This document shows positions 10,459 through 23,383 of a stretch of DNA of 64,000 nucleotides, one piece after another. The notes below the pieces were generated by a model. It made no database searches, was not told where the DNA came from, and saw nothing but the letters and a program-made list of their open reading frames with translations. A program made the position numbers and the translations under genes. Source of the stretch: Lophium mytilinum (taxonomy: Eukaryota); assembly GCA_010093605.1 (NCBI GenBank), contig MU004181.1, forward strand, positions 3,286,001-3,350,000, read 5' to 3'. Position 1 is the first letter of the stretch, and each line of letters starts with the position of its first letter.

Positions 10459-11298
10459 TTATCGCCGCCCACCCAGCCCCAAAACCCGCGATGCCGCATT
10501 GCTCACCTTCAGCACATCCCTATACGTCAGACTCACCCGCGTCGTCCGCTCGATTATCCCACCCGACCCACCACTACCGTCGACATCATCCGCAGCCGAG
10601 TACCGCCACGCTTCCCCTACAAGATCCCAATTCGCGACCGTCGCACGCTGAAGATCCGCATCGTGGGTAACGGCAGGCACGCAGTGCATGGTGGTACTGT
10701 AAGCCGGCGCGAGGGTTACGAGAAGGGAGCGGGGCTCGCAGAGGATCCGATGGGTATCGGTCGGCGCTGGGTTGACGGTAGACGCTTCTGATGTCGAGTT
10801 CCCAATCTCGTCACTTGTCGCTAGTTCCGCGGTGAGGCTCTCAGCGGCTTCCGCTTCGGCTTGTGGTTGTGATTGTAGTTTGGCTGTGACCTCAAGCATC
10901 ACTGCGCCTCCTAGACTCACCGTCGCGACCACGGGGGCGTATGCTGGCCCGTCCTCGTGCGCCATTATCCCCTCGCCGGGCTTATACTCGTTTATTAGCA
11001 CATGATTCGGTGCTTTGTGTGGTGTATTTGCAAAGATGCCGAGCGTTGCGAAGCGTGTGACGATAGGATCGAGCAAGTAGGATGGTAGCGGGGCGGCGAG
11101 GAGAGTGTTTGATTTTGTGAGGGTAGACGGGATAGCTTGTAGGCGGCGATGTGTGAGGTTTGTCCAGCGGTTTGGGGGGATCTTCGAGAGAAGGGAGGCT
11201 TCCTCTTCTGGGCTGATGAAGGAGGGGATGTAGTAAAAGGACGGTGGGAGGGAAGGGATCCGGAAAGCGAGGCGGGGATCTGGGGTGGAGGAAGCCAT
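10459..11298 (-). CDS. AlkB family Fe(II)/2OG dioxygenase, ALKBH6-like
   Basis: YYIPSFISPEEE, NHVLINEYKPGEGIMAHEDGP (HxD), MH...RVSLTYR. Confidence 0.9.
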   Translation of the reverse strand: MASSTPDPRLAFRIPSLPPSFYYIPSFISPEEEASLLSKIPPNRWTNLTHRRLQAIPSTLTKSNTLLAAPLPSYLLDPIVTRFATLGIFANTPHKAPNHVLINEYKPGEGIMAHEDGPAYAPVVATVSLGGAVMLEVTAKLQSQPQAEAEAAESLTAELATSDEIGNSTSEASTVNPAPTDTHRILCEPRSLLVTLAPAYSTTMHCVPAVTHDADLQRATVANWDLVGEAWRYSAADDVDGSGGSGGIIERTTRVSLTYRDVLKVSNAASRVLGLGGRR

Positions 11299-12413
11299 TG
11301 ACGGTTAGGAGAAGCTGAAGGATTAGTGGGGTCTGTGAGTTTTAGTATTCGCGGTGACGAGATGCTTTCGTGGTGGGTCTGCTTGGGCTCGAACTTGGAG
11401 GTCGAATAGATACTGCGCTAGGTAAATGACTAAGCAGCTATAAAGTCTACAACTTTCCCCTCGCAATTCCTTTCCGACTAGACCGTTCATTGAGGACTTC
11501 TACGAGAATATTTTTCCACCCCTCTCATATCTCCAGTTCTCACACAAAACTCTGCAAACCTTCACACGGCTTCTTTGCAACCACAGTATGCTCCGGAATC
11601 TTCTCCCCTTCGAAAGGCAGCGTAATCGCAACTCATCACTCGGATACGTCGTTAAATGCCCAGAACCTGTAGTATCAAAAGCCAGGAGTAGACTACCCGC
11701 CCCTCCTAGGATTAAAGACTCGATTGTGGGGTCATGCGGCAAAGTCACGTGCGCAAGACCTGATCGTGCATGATACTGGATCCACAATCTTTGCTCGGCA
11801 TTGCATGATGGAGAGCGTACAAGTAGGTAAACGTGTAATACGAAATCTATTCGCAATCAATGGGCTCAAATATGACTACTCCCCATACTCCTTGCTCCAA
11901 TGCCGCAATCATAATCCTGTTCGGAATAGAGAGATCCGCACTAGTGAGGAGAGTTGTCAACCCTTTTGACTGCATGCTGCTCAAATCCTTAAGAGATTAT
12001 GATGCCTGAGCACCACAGACTGTATGTGTATTTGAGATCGGAAGGGGAAGCCAAAAAATGATGTAGACTGAACTCTGACAAAGAGAGCGGAAAGTGCTCA
12101 CACGTATCCTGCAAAGCCGAATATTGGAACCGGGGAAGTGAATGTAAAATGGACAATGCGTGAGACATGATGCAGGCAAAAGGAGACACTAAGCGCCACA
12201 CGTGCAGATCACGCCCAACCTAAAGCGTGAACCAGCGCGCCTGAACGTGCAAAATCCAGCTCAGATACCCTAACGCAAACGCCTGTCCAGGTCTAAGATG
12301 GTAGATCTCGTGCAGATTGTGAGAAGGGCGAAGATGAAGGCTTGAATATAGGAAAAGGGAAAGAAAGTCTTCTCCGCTCGCGTGCTTCCAACTACTCACT
12401 TCTACGTGAATCC

Positions 12414-14570
12414 TCACATGATCACACAGCCACCAGGTCCGCTTCTAGCCCGTCGCCGCCTTCCGCCAGTGCCCCCGTTACCTGTTCCGATACCACCGTC
12501 CTCTTCATCTTCATGTAAAAGACGAGCCTCTCGAGCTCGGCGCCTCCGCCTCCTTGCGCCCACTCCTGTACCACCAGCGTCCGCTTCTTCAGTCGCCATC
12601 ATATACTCGGCCCACTTCCGTTCTAGGCGATTCGCAGCTGCGACGTTGCCGTGCAACACCCGTTTTGTATGCTCATCGACGGTTGGCTGGTACGTGTAGA
12701 AGCACTTTAGGGAGATGATTTCGGGATATCGGGTAGCTTCACTTGGATCGGAGCTCGAAGTCGGTGTGGAACGGGCAGTCTCAGCATTGCGGGAAAGGAT
12801 CTCACGGACGCCGGTCCAAGTAACGTTTGCACAATCGTATGCCACGATTTTGAGGCCTACGCGGGGGCGTTCAGAGCCAGATAGGGGCCTCGCGGCGCGG
12901 TTTCGGGTACGAAGACTTGCAGCGGCCTCGATGAGAACCAGATCAGATACTCGAGTGTTGTCCATATCGAGCGAGCCTATTCGCGAACAGGCTTTCAACA
13001 GTGGTAGCATGCCTGCGTCACCAAGATTCTCACAGTAGGAGATGCTGAGATGGCGGAGGTGCGCGGTGCATGGGGATGTAGAGAGGCTCTGTAATGTTGC
13101 GTTGGTAAGAGCATCTAGTTCTTCTAGGTCAAGGTGAGTGAGGACAGGTACGGTTGGGAGAAGCTCCATAAGCGAATCATCGGTCAAAGAGTGGCATTTG
13201 GATAGTCGAAGACCTTCCATAAATGGGACATTGTGAGCTAAAGCTTTGATTCCGGTGTCGGTTATTCCACGAGACCGAGTAAGATCGAGGTGCTTGAGCT
13301 TGCGTGGGGATACCAGTGGTCGGTCAGTTAGAATGTCGATGTCCGGATCGACTCCTACAACCAGAGCTGCAAGTGATTCGTCGGTAAGGCTGTCGCAGTG
13401 CATCAAGACGAGTCTCTCGAGGGTGTTTCGCTTGAAGATCTCAAACATGAGGTCGACATCGTCCCATCCACGAACTTCACCTGCGCGTAGATCTTTGAGG
13501 TTCGGACACCCCTCGATGACCTTACGCACGCCCCTGGTATCAATGTTATTGCACCACGAGATGTTCAGATGCTCAACTCGTGGGCAATGCTGTGCAATGA
13601 TCTTCATGGCGGAATTGGTCGCTCCTGCCAGCCCAGATAGGTTGATGTGAATTAGGCGAGGGTTTTGGACGAGGAAACAATGAATGGAACTCCTGTCAAT
13701 ACGACAGCCCTCAAGGGAAAAATTCTCGAGATTTCGGCATGCGTCAGCCAAGGCAGTTCCGTTGTTGTTCCACCGCTCCCTTAACTGCACGCAGCCTCTC
13801 AGGTTGAGGTCGCGTATGAAAGGCCCAGCAGAATTGATGATATAAGCCAATGAGCTAGCTGAGATATCCTGATAGTACTCGGAAGTGTCGAGGTTACTCC
13901 AGAGTTGGCCGTCGAAGCACATTGACTGCCAAGACTTGGAGATGGAAGAGCAGCGGACGATTTGCTTAGGATTGAGGTATTGAAGGATCTGGATCCGAAT
14001 CTCAGCCGGCATATCTCCCCAAAAGTTGAAGTTCTCCCTTCTCTGTAGCGGCTTGACCTGGGTCATCGGCGCGGTGAAGTAGTCTCCTTCAAAGTCCATG
14101 CCCTGGCGTGACATGGGCCTCAGGTCTGACGGAAGGGCAACAGACGTGGGCGTGTTTTGGCCAACCAAACAGAAGCGAGCTCTCTCATCACCAGCTGGAC
14201 TGCCTGGACCCGGGCTTCCCGCTACAGATGTTGGCGCGGTGGAATACCCGGCAGACATCTCGGAAGAGTATGAGCTCCCGTAGGAGTGGCCGTATGAAGA
14301 GGAGCCCGATGACAACGACACACAAGACATGGAGGCTTTCCCTCCGCTGCGATATCCAGACGAAGGTGTCCTCCCCATCTTCGCCAGCGATGGCGAAGAC
14401 GACATGCGTTGTAAACCCTGTAGCAGACGTTGTCGGCCCTTCATCTTGGGCGGCACAATGGTTATAGCATCACTATGCGGGGTCGAGCGGCGAGCGGGAC
14501 TCGCAGGGCTAGAGGGAGCGGTGGTGAGAGGAGTGTCAATGACAATCGAGTCAATTGAAAGAGGCTCCAT
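12414..14570 (-). CDS. F-box/leucine-rich repeat protein (FBXL2-like) with C-terminal CaaX
   Basis: F-box MPAEIRIQILQYL...ISKSW, multiple Cys-containing LRRs, polybasic tail ending CVIM. Start taken at ATG 14570; the frame stays open upstream to 14729. Confidence 0.9.
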   Translation of the reverse strand: MEPLSIDSIVIDTPLTTAPSSPASPARRSTPHSDAITIVPPKMKGRQRLLQGLQRMSSSPSLAKMGRTPSSGYRSGGKASMSCVSLSSGSSSYGHSYGSSYSSEMSAGYSTAPTSVAGSPGPGSPAGDERARFCLVGQNTPTSVALPSDLRPMSRQGMDFEGDYFTAPMTQVKPLQRRENFNFWGDMPAEIRIQILQYLNPKQIVRCSSISKSWQSMCFDGQLWSNLDTSEYYQDISASSLAYIINSAGPFIRDLNLRGCVQLRERWNNNGTALADACRNLENFSLEGCRIDRSSIHCFLVQNPRLIHINLSGLAGATNSAMKIIAQHCPRVEHLNISWCNNIDTRGVRKVIEGCPNLKDLRAGEVRGWDDVDLMFEIFKRNTLERLVLMHCDSLTDESLAALVVGVDPDIDILTDRPLVSPRKLKHLDLTRSRGITDTGIKALAHNVPFMEGLRLSKCHSLTDDSLMELLPTVPVLTHLDLEELDALTNATLQSLSTSPCTAHLRHLSISYCENLGDAGMLPLLKACSRIGSLDMDNTRVSDLVLIEAAASLRTRNRAARPLSGSERPRVGLKIVAYDCANVTWTGVREILSRNAETARSTPTSSSDPSEATRYPEIISLKCFYTYQPTVDEHTKRVLHGNVAAANRLERKWAEYMMATEEADAGGTGVGARRRRRRAREARLLHEDEEDGGIGTGNGGTGGRRRRARSGPGGCVIM

Positions 14571-15807
14571 GGCGGCTATGGAGGAGGCGAGGAGGAGAGA
14601 GGATTGCGTGACAGGCCGGCTGCAGGGTAGGGGTGGTTGAAAGAGGGACGAGCAATGAAGGGCGAAGAAGAGGCTTATAGGCTCGAGGCCAAAGAATAGT
14701 AACGACGAGGAGGCGAGCCCGTGAGGCACTCCGGTGCCCTGAAGGACAGTTTAAGGGACGTTCCTGGAGCCACTGTTCGGCGTGGTCGTCGGTATTTAGC
14801 CAAGCGGGGAAGGTTGCTCCGCAGTAGCGGGGAGTTGTGGACTAAGACACGGCCGAGGAGTTCGCGGGACGCAGTGCTGGCGACGAGTTTGTGTAGAACT
14901 GCAGTGAAGAAGAACACGACGAGCCCGGTGCCGGTACAGGCAGAGCAGCGGGAGTTTGCTCGACGACTGCTCGGCCCAGCTTTGTGAGCCTTTGCGACTC
15001 TATGTGGAAAGCCGGGATTGGGCCTGCTTATCGCGCCATCGATAACGAGGCCCGGCACGTGCGCTTAGTTTCAGCGGGAGTGTCTTGCGACGGCGAAACA
15101 CGCCCACCTGAGGCCACCCGACGAGGGCGCGTGAGACGCCCCGAGCGATGAAGCAGACCAGAACGGATCCGCGTGAGGACTCGTTATCTGTGTGCGAAGT
15201 AGCGACACTGGAGGGTCTTCAGACGAGCACGTTCTGCCCGCGAGAGTCAACCTTCGACGGCTGAGTGTGGTACACTACGAACTGTCAGCACACCACCACG
15301 CACCCACCCCTGAGGCTGGAAAGGCTGGCTTCATGCAGGGCAAACCAGCGCCGCCCGTCGGAAGCCTCTTGCAGCCTCTTACAGCCCGACCATGCTGGAG
15401 TCTGGGAATGCCCAGAGACTCCAGGACCCGCGCCCGTTGTCGACGCCTGACTGCCTCACCGATCCACACCCGCTGGCCTTGTGACTTGGACAGAAAGATG
15501 CGCATCCTGCTATCTCCAGCTTCACTTCGACATGTCTGACTGGCGGTCCTGCACGCTTCTTGCTCGGTCACGCCGCCGGTATCGCTTACTACATCAGCGC
15601 TACTGACCGGACGGGTTGCGTTGTCGGCATGAGAGTCGATCCAATGCGAGAAGAGAGCTTCATTCGACTTCAAATCACTCTGTAGTATACATAAAAGCTC
15701 GTCCGAGCTGCAACTGCGTCCTCTTACGCTCGCAGAGTCCTTGATGATTCTCTCACACTCGTAGCTTGAAAATCACCGCAGTTGTATCTAGGCAAGCTGA
15801 TACTCCT

Positions 15808-16593
15808 TCAACCCAATCGATCTGCACCCGTTGCCAGCCCGATTTCACTAAACCCAACAACGTCGACCCGGTCCAGCACCGCAATGCACGCAAGCACAGA
15901 AGACGTCCCTGAGATAATTGCTCGTATGAAGTTGAGCGTCGCCCATTTGTCCAACAACCCGTTCACAGTCTCCTCCTTCGCAACCCCAGCCTCTGCTGTC
16001 TTGTCCGTGAGCTCAGTGCTTGCCAGCGACTCTGCTTTGCCGAGAAGCTTCTTGTTTGTGGGCATCATCGTCAAGAAAGTCCACGGGACGATGGACGGTG
16101 CCACGATGGCTGACGCGAGCCAGAATTTGAAGGCCGTGCTAGATCGTGGTTCTGTGCCGAGTATCAAGGTCAGTCAATGTACTCCGACTTGTGATTGGAA
16201 AGGCGCCGCCAAAGACCAAACATGAACGCACTTCAAGGCGTCCACATGCAGCGCTATAGGAACAGTATAGCGGACTTACCTCGCCATGCTAGGAATCCAG
16301 AGGCCGCCGTCCCTAGAAGAGCTAGGGCCGGTCCAAGTTTCTTGCCTAAGTCGTATTGATACTTGAATTGAGACGCCGCAAGCCCTGCAGGCGCCCGCAT
16401 GAGCGAAGGTACAACTCCCACGGAAATAAACGCATTCATTCCTCCACGCACCGCCATAGTCAGCTTAGACAACCTCAGCGAGTGTTTGTCGGTACTCACC
16501 ACTCAAGAACGCAGCCGATGTTATACCAACCGTCTGGGCAACGATAATGCCTGTTGGCACTTTCTCATGATAAAATAGGCCTGGGGAAGTCAT
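15808..16593 (-). CDS. DUF1772 (anthrone oxygenase-like) membrane protein, 3 exons
   Basis: MTSPGLFY...AQTVGITSAAFLSG, QFKYQYDLGKK, IVPWTFLTMMPTNKKL, LLDKWATLNFIRA. Confidence 0.8.
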
Positions 16594-17227
16594 TTTGATC
16601 GATTCGCAATGGTGCGTTGAGGATGCTGTTGAGCACGTCGAGAGAGCTCCGACGTTTAATAAGTTGCTCGTTCGACCCTTGCGTCATGGCGGCTCTTCGG
16701 TCAACACCCGCGGACTCTAAGAACGCCCGAGAGTCCGCAGAGCGGATAGTAGAGGCCACCGACCTTGCATCTCAGCGAAGATTTCGGCAAAGTCAGTCTG
16801 TATGAGTCTCCTCTCCAGTGTTTTCTGGAATTTGACTCCCTTGGGTGGGCCGATCAGCTGTTCACGTGACTCCACGTGGTCGGTGCAGTCTGCTCTATGT
16901 GGTGGAACCGACCAGCATCGGAATCCTAAACAACCTGCACAGCCCAGGATTGTGGTTGCACTAAAACAAGTTCCTGCATAGCCCAGAGAGGCTCCACCAT
17001 ATTTCCGTGACCTGTTGATCCAGCAGCATTACCCCGCGTTTCCTCGCTTCTACTATCCTTTTGTAGTTCATGTAGATCCACTTCCACGAACTGGCCGCCA
17101 TGAATGACGTTGAGCCCTTTCTCTTTGTCACCTCGGCTTCAATTCTCTTATATGATGAAGGATGAAGGGTGCTTAGTGGATTTTCATTCTCGATTCTTCG
17201 AATTTGTAAAAAGATCTTCTTTCAAAT

Positions 17228-19941
17228 ATGTTACGTCTTCTCGGCATCCAGGCAGTCTCCAGTCTTATAATTGGACATTCACTCGCAGCTCTCATCTCTA
17301 CCAAACTAGAAGGTCGAGATCAACTACAAGCCTGCGGTGATGCATTCTACTCAACTTCGAATGTATGCATTGACTACGCCGTCAATGCTATATGCAAGAC
17401 TAACGTGGCGTGCAGTACACATGCTATGGAGACTTTTTGTGTCCACTAGAAGATGGAGTCCCAACCCTGAAATGCGGCAGGGATTGCTATTTACCAGACA
17501 TGTACTCGTAAGATATGTTTGTTCTCTTTTGTCATATTTTGTAACAACTCAATTTAGATGCTCCAACGATCTTCTGGTCTACCCACCTGAGCACACTTCG
17601 ACAGCGACCTCGACATCTGCTACAGCCACCGTTTCCGTCAGTAATACTCCAACTTGCTCTAGCGAGGCCACAAGGCTTCATTTAAGCGACCCACCATATG
17701 AGAATTACTTCTACGAAGATTGCGCGAGCTCCTCTCACGTTGTTGTAACGAGCCCACTAGAGAACAGCAACTTGACGATAATAGGTCCCCGTTTACTTGT
17801 CGCTTGGCCAGCTGGGAACAGCGGAGTAGTCGCATTTTTTGAACCAGAAGATGGCAAAAATGGGACACTGGGAATACAGCTTCAAAACTCTACAGCAACT
17901 GGACAGACTCTCGATCCCGTCTATCTCCCTACCAAAAATGCTAGCTCGGAGAACCCTCAAGTCGGGGTTTCTGGGATCATAAATTTCAATACCTCAGCAA
18001 TTCTTACAGTTCCGATACTCGGCTCTATACGAACGATACGTGATTTTACCGAAGGTCCGAGTATACTCATCACTTATATTCAGGGCGCCATATCGTTCTC
18101 TGAGATCCCAGGAGGGGGCGCCAACTTGAACAGAACATGGCTGGACAACGTGACTACAACGTACCTGGGATTTGTGCCCATCAATGGCTCCGGTGCGGTA
18201 TCCATCAACAGAGGGGTAAACACAACACTGCGATTCGAAACTGGCTCTTATCAGTTCACTGCATCCTTCGATTATCCTCAGCTAGAACCGCTGAGCCCGT
18301 CGCAAGTTTTCAATCCCTCATCAAGCGACTTGGCTCAGCAAGATCCAGATCAGGCAACATCTCTCTCCTTTTTATCATACACTACTAAGCTTCTGGCCGG
18401 CACGTGGAGGTTCCTCACATACTTCGGCCGCGACAGTATGCTCTCCTTGCTCTTATTGCAACCCGTTCTCAGTGAAGGCGAAGGGGGTGCAATTGAAGCA
18501 GTTATCGGGGCCTTCCTCGAACGCATCAATCGTACTGATGGAAGCGGGTGTCACGAAGAAACCATTGGCGATTACTCTACGTATCTAAACCGGAACAAAA
18601 ACATTACATCAACAGCTCCGCAGTGCGATTATAAAATGATCGATACTGACTACTATTTACCAATTGTTTTGAAGAACTACTTCGTGGACTCCGCCACAGG
18701 AAAGAGCCGTCTCTCCTCCTTCTTCAACACTACTGCGTCTGTTTTTGAAGAGAACTCTGATCTCACCTACGCAGACCTGGCGCTCATCGCGGCTGAGAAG
18801 ATCATGAACACATCGGCACCATTTGCGGCTGACGGTGGCCAAACAAGAGACAACCTGATTCACCTGAAAGAAGGCGAAATAGTCGGTGAATGGAGAGACT
18901 CAACCTACGGCATTGGTGGAGGACGCATCCCATACGATGTGAACACCGCACTTGTCCCAGCCGCACTCCACAACATTGCCGCGCTCTCGACCGCCGGCTT
19001 CTTCCTCGAGCATCCAGCGTGGAACGAGACTGCGAGCCAGTACGCTCAGGTATGGGAAGACAAGACGTTAGAGTTCTTCGAGGTTACGATTCCGCAATCG
19101 ACAGCCAAGTCTCTCGTTGAACAGTACGTCAACGAGTCTGCCTTCGCTGGACCCTCCCACACGGACAACATCACCTCTGATATTGTCTTCCACGGCCTGG
19201 CACTTGATGGAAACAACAACCAAAGCATTGTACGAGTCTTGAACACAGACGACTGCTTCCGGCTTTTCCTCCTCAACTCCACGAATCAAACCCAACTCAG
19301 CTCGTTCCTAGACCAGACCGCAGGCCACATCCTCCTGCCATTCCCTGTGGGTCTTTCCTCTCCAGTGGGCCTGTTCGTTGCCAACCCAGCGTATGGCGAT
19401 GATCCAGTGTACGATTTTCTCCCGAACCCGTTGAGATATCCATCCAAAGCCCATTTAGACCTCATCAAGTATCCCACTAACAGATTTCCCTAGCTACGCC
19501 GCCAACTTCACCAACTCCGCCTACCACGGCACCGTCGTCTGGAGCTGGCAACTAGCCATGACCGCCGCCGGCCTCGCGCGCCAGCTGGGCCGGTGCTCCT
19601 CAACCACTCCTCCTGGTAAGCTCCCACCACCTCCCCTCTCCCCATAGTTCATACCGCAACCCCCCCAACTAACCTCATCCCCGTCCCCAGATTTCTGCGC
19701 CCAACCCCCCCTCTACACCAAACTCCGCACCGCCTACTCCCACCTCTGGGACCTCATCGACGCCAACGCCGCCCAGCTGAGCGGCGAGGTCTGGAGCTGG
19801 GTGTACGACAGCAGCGAGGGCTTCAGAGTCGAGCCGCTGGGCGCGCTGCCGCCGCCGCTGGGGACGAGTCCGACCGAGAGCGATATCCGGCAGTTGTGGA
19901 GCTTGACGTTTTTGGCCGTGCACCGAGAGGAGTTTGGGTGA
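17228..19941 (+). CDS. Secreted CBM52-type domain fused to a six-hairpin (glycogen-debranching-like) glycosidase domain
   Basis: Signal-like N-terminus; CGDAFY..YTC..FLCP..LKCGRDCY..YSC Cys pattern; Ser/Thr linker; RFLTYFGRDS, HEETIGDY, GEWRDS, PYDVN, YHGTVVWSW. Four introns; TGA at 19939-19941. Confidence 0.8.
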
Positions 19942-20606
19942 GATGGGGCACTGTTGTATGGGGCGGAGAGATGTGGGGTGGAGGTATTGAAGATGATTGG
20001 GTTGTATGTATGAGATGATATCTATTTAGAGGGTTTTTGGCATCGCTGAAGCGAGGTCGAGGTGCCCCTGGCTGCTTCATCAGTGTTGGGAGCTCTGGTG
20101 AAATCGACGGGCTGGGTTCGACGCTCTGGTTCTAGGGATGAGGAAATGGGCGGAATCGCACTCTTAGGCAAAAGAGAGGTAGTACGAAACAACTCTTCAC
20201 TTTGAAGCACTTGAAAGCACTCTAGACTCCACACATTTGTTAGCGGCCAAGAACTACCTCATCGGGACAACCGAAAAGACAACACTCACGTACAATCCGT
20301 CTCACACAGCTACGAAGCCCACACGCAGCATGTTCATCATCTTCAAAGCCTTTTTATTTCTACAAGCCCGACTAAGCGTTAGAGTCAGGTTCTAAGTATG
20401 ATACAGATACAGATCGATCGCTCCCATCGCCCAAACCCCCGCCCTCCTCCGAATCGCGACTGGAGGAACATGAGTGGAATTAGCCTTTCCTGTGACGATG
20501 CAAAACAAAGAGAACGAAAAGAGACGGGTGGTGTTTCCGAATAACCGACCGACTATGCTGGGAACCGCGTATGTACAGAGCACGCACCCGCTTGAAAGCG
20601 GACGTC

Positions 20607-23383
20607 CTACACAGTCGGCTCTGGTGCAGGCGGGACTACGGGTCCCTTCACGCCCTTCCCAGCATCCGCACCTCCCACGTCCGGCTCGATCAGACCGGGG
20701 ACTTTGCCATGGGTGCCACCAAAGTACTTATGGAAGTCCTGGGGATCCTCGAAAGGCCGGGGGCCTAGTAGCCTGATCATGTCGTCGCGGCCCAGCATCT
20801 CCTTCTTGAGCAGCTCCTCAGCCACCAAGCCCACCTCGTGCTTCTTCTCCGTGAGGAGGTCTTTGCATTGCTTGTACGCCTCGTCGACAATCCGACGAAC
20901 CTCGGAGTCGATGTTCTTCGCCGTCTCCTCGGAGAAAGGCTTGTGCAGCTGCTGGCTAGAGTCGTCCTCGAAGTAGATGTAGCCGATCTTGCGCGTCATG
21001 CCCCATTTGGTGACCATAGCGCTGGCCATGGCGGTCACCTTCTTGAAGTCGTCACTGGCACCGCTGGTCACGGTTTCGAAGTGCAGTTCCTCGCTGACTC
21101 GGCCGCCAAGCGTCATTGCCATGCGGTCCATGAGCTGGTTTACGTTCATTAGGTAGGTGTCGCCCGCAGGAAGGTACTGGGCGTATCCGAGTGCGCCCTG
21201 TCCACGTGGGATGATGGAGACTTTGAGTAGCGGGTCGGCGTATTTGAAGTACCAGCCGCAGATAGCGTGGCCGGCTTCGTGGTACGCGACCGTGCGCTTC
21301 TCTTCGGGGTTGAGGACTAGGGATTTCTTTTCTAGGCCACCAATGACTCGCTCAATGGCTTGTTCGAAGTGTTCCATCTTGACGGAATCGGCTTGGTGGC
21401 GGGCCGCTGGAAGGGGTTAGTTAATGGTCATAGAGAAAAGAATAGAGACCTTATCTTACCAATTAGGGCAGCTTCGTTGACGCAATTGGCAATGTCAGCG
21501 CCAGAGAAGCCAGGTGTGAAAGCTGCGAGACGGCCCATGAGGAATTCGATATCTTCCTTCGTCACAATCTTCTTGAGATGGACGGCAAAGATTTGTTTGC
21601 GGCCATCCATTGTCGGTCGATCGATGCTAATATGCCTATCAAAACGGCCGGGGCGCATGAGCGCTTTATCGAGGACATCAGGTCGGTTGGTGCCTGCGAG
21701 GACTACGACCTGATCGGAGGTGTTGAAACCATCCATTTCTGTGAGAATCTGGTTGAGGGTGCTCTCTCGTTCGTCATTCCCACCTCCGAAATTCTGTTTC
21801 GCTCGAGCCTTTCCAATGGCATCGATTTCGTCAATGAAGATGATGCACGGTGTATTCTTCCTAGCGTTTGCGAAAAGATCACGCACGCGGGAAGGACCAA
21901 CACCAACGAACATCTCCACAAACTCGGAGCCACTGACACTGAAGAAGGGTACCCCTGATTCACCAGCAGTCGCTTTGGCCAGCAAAGTCTTACCCGTGCC
22001 GGGAGGTCCAGACAGAATGGCACCGCGGGGGATTTTAGCACCAAGCTTCTGGTAGACTCCCGGCTCTTTCAGAAAACTGACAAATTCCATGATCTCCATC
22101 TTAGCTTCGTCCATACCAGCAACGTCGGAGAACTTGACCTTGATGTCTGTTTCATGGTTGAACTTCTTAGCCCTACTCCGGCCCATACCAAAGATTCCAC
22201 TTTGTCCTCCACCGCTGGATGCGGCGCGTCTCGAGAAGTAGAAAATTGCTCCAATGAAGAGTAGAGTGGGACCGAATGACATTAATGTTGCAAACCAAGA
22301 TATCTCATTCGAATAAGCAACAGGTATTCGCTCTGTGCTAGGTATGCGAAGGTCGTCTTGCGCTCTCTCCATCTGCCGTTCAAAGGCCTCTACGGAGCCT
22401 ATTGTGAAGTAGTAGTAGAAGTTCTGTTGCGCAGCAGGCGACTCTGGGTACATGGAAGCAACGGCTTCCCGGTGAAGATGTACGCGTGCTCTGCTTTGAT
22501 TTAATATCACAACCTTCTCCACTAAGCCTTTGTCTAGGAAGGTCGTCCTGAACTCTTGCCATGTTATTTCCCGTGTGTTCTCTCCAGGTACCACCAAGCG
22601 GTATAGGAGGTAGGCGACGAATGCAGCAGTGAGAAACGTGCTTGTGTCCAGGTTCAGTTCATAGGGAAGTCCGGGGGCTCCCTTCTCCGACGACTTCTTT
22701 TTCTGGTCCTTCGACTGTGGGCCAGGATCGTGAGCTCCTGCCTTCTGCTTCGGGGTATCTTGTTCAGCACCTGAGCTTTCCTCTGCAGCCTTTCGCGCCA
22801 TTTGCGAAGTCATACGAGATATCTTTGCCGCGGTCGCAAGGTCCATTGGTTCGCCCCTCTTGAGCTTGTCCATCTCTTCCCGTACTTCCGGCGGTATACC
22901 ATCCTTCTTAATGAGCTCAAAAGCCTTGTTCAGATGCTTGATCTGCTCTGCTGGCATACCCATTGACACAATGGACATGAGCTGATCCAAGGCCTTCTCC
23001 TCCTCGGGTGTGAGTTTCGCCGCCGCAGAACTCGACGCATTCTTGTTTCCTTCCGGCGCATCCCCCGGCTGTGGCGCTGACTGAGGACTCTGGGTGTAAA
23101 AGTTCTCAGAACCAGCTGCTGGTTTGCCCAGAGGCTTGTTTTGGCCCTCCGCTACCTTTCCGTCGTTTGCCTCCGGTGCTTTTCCATCCTTCTTGTCCTG
23201 TGGGTCTTTCGGGTCCTCCGGTGGTGGCTTAACCGTAGCATACTGTCGCACACGTTGATGCGCGAAAGCACAATGTGGTAGGGGTGCAGCCGGCCGTATT
23301 GAGGGCGAGTTTCGTGTGGCGACGTTGATGGATTGCCTCGATAATCGCGCGAAATGGCCTGAGCGACGGAGGAGGGTGCTCAT
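20607..23383 (-). CDS. AFG3: Mitochondrial m-AAA metalloprotease subunit (AFG3/YTA12 type, FtsH family)
   Basis: Arg/Ser-rich presequence, two TM segments, Walker A GPPGTGKT, Walker [27 protein letters not shown] zinc motif. Intron near 21408-21459. AFG3 versus YTA12 cannot be resolved by eye. Confidence 0.93.

Noticed and set aside
17416..17510. Apparent frameshift at the start of the 718-aa ORF
   Set aside because: Resolved by two short introns; the CBM52 exon reads through cleanly.
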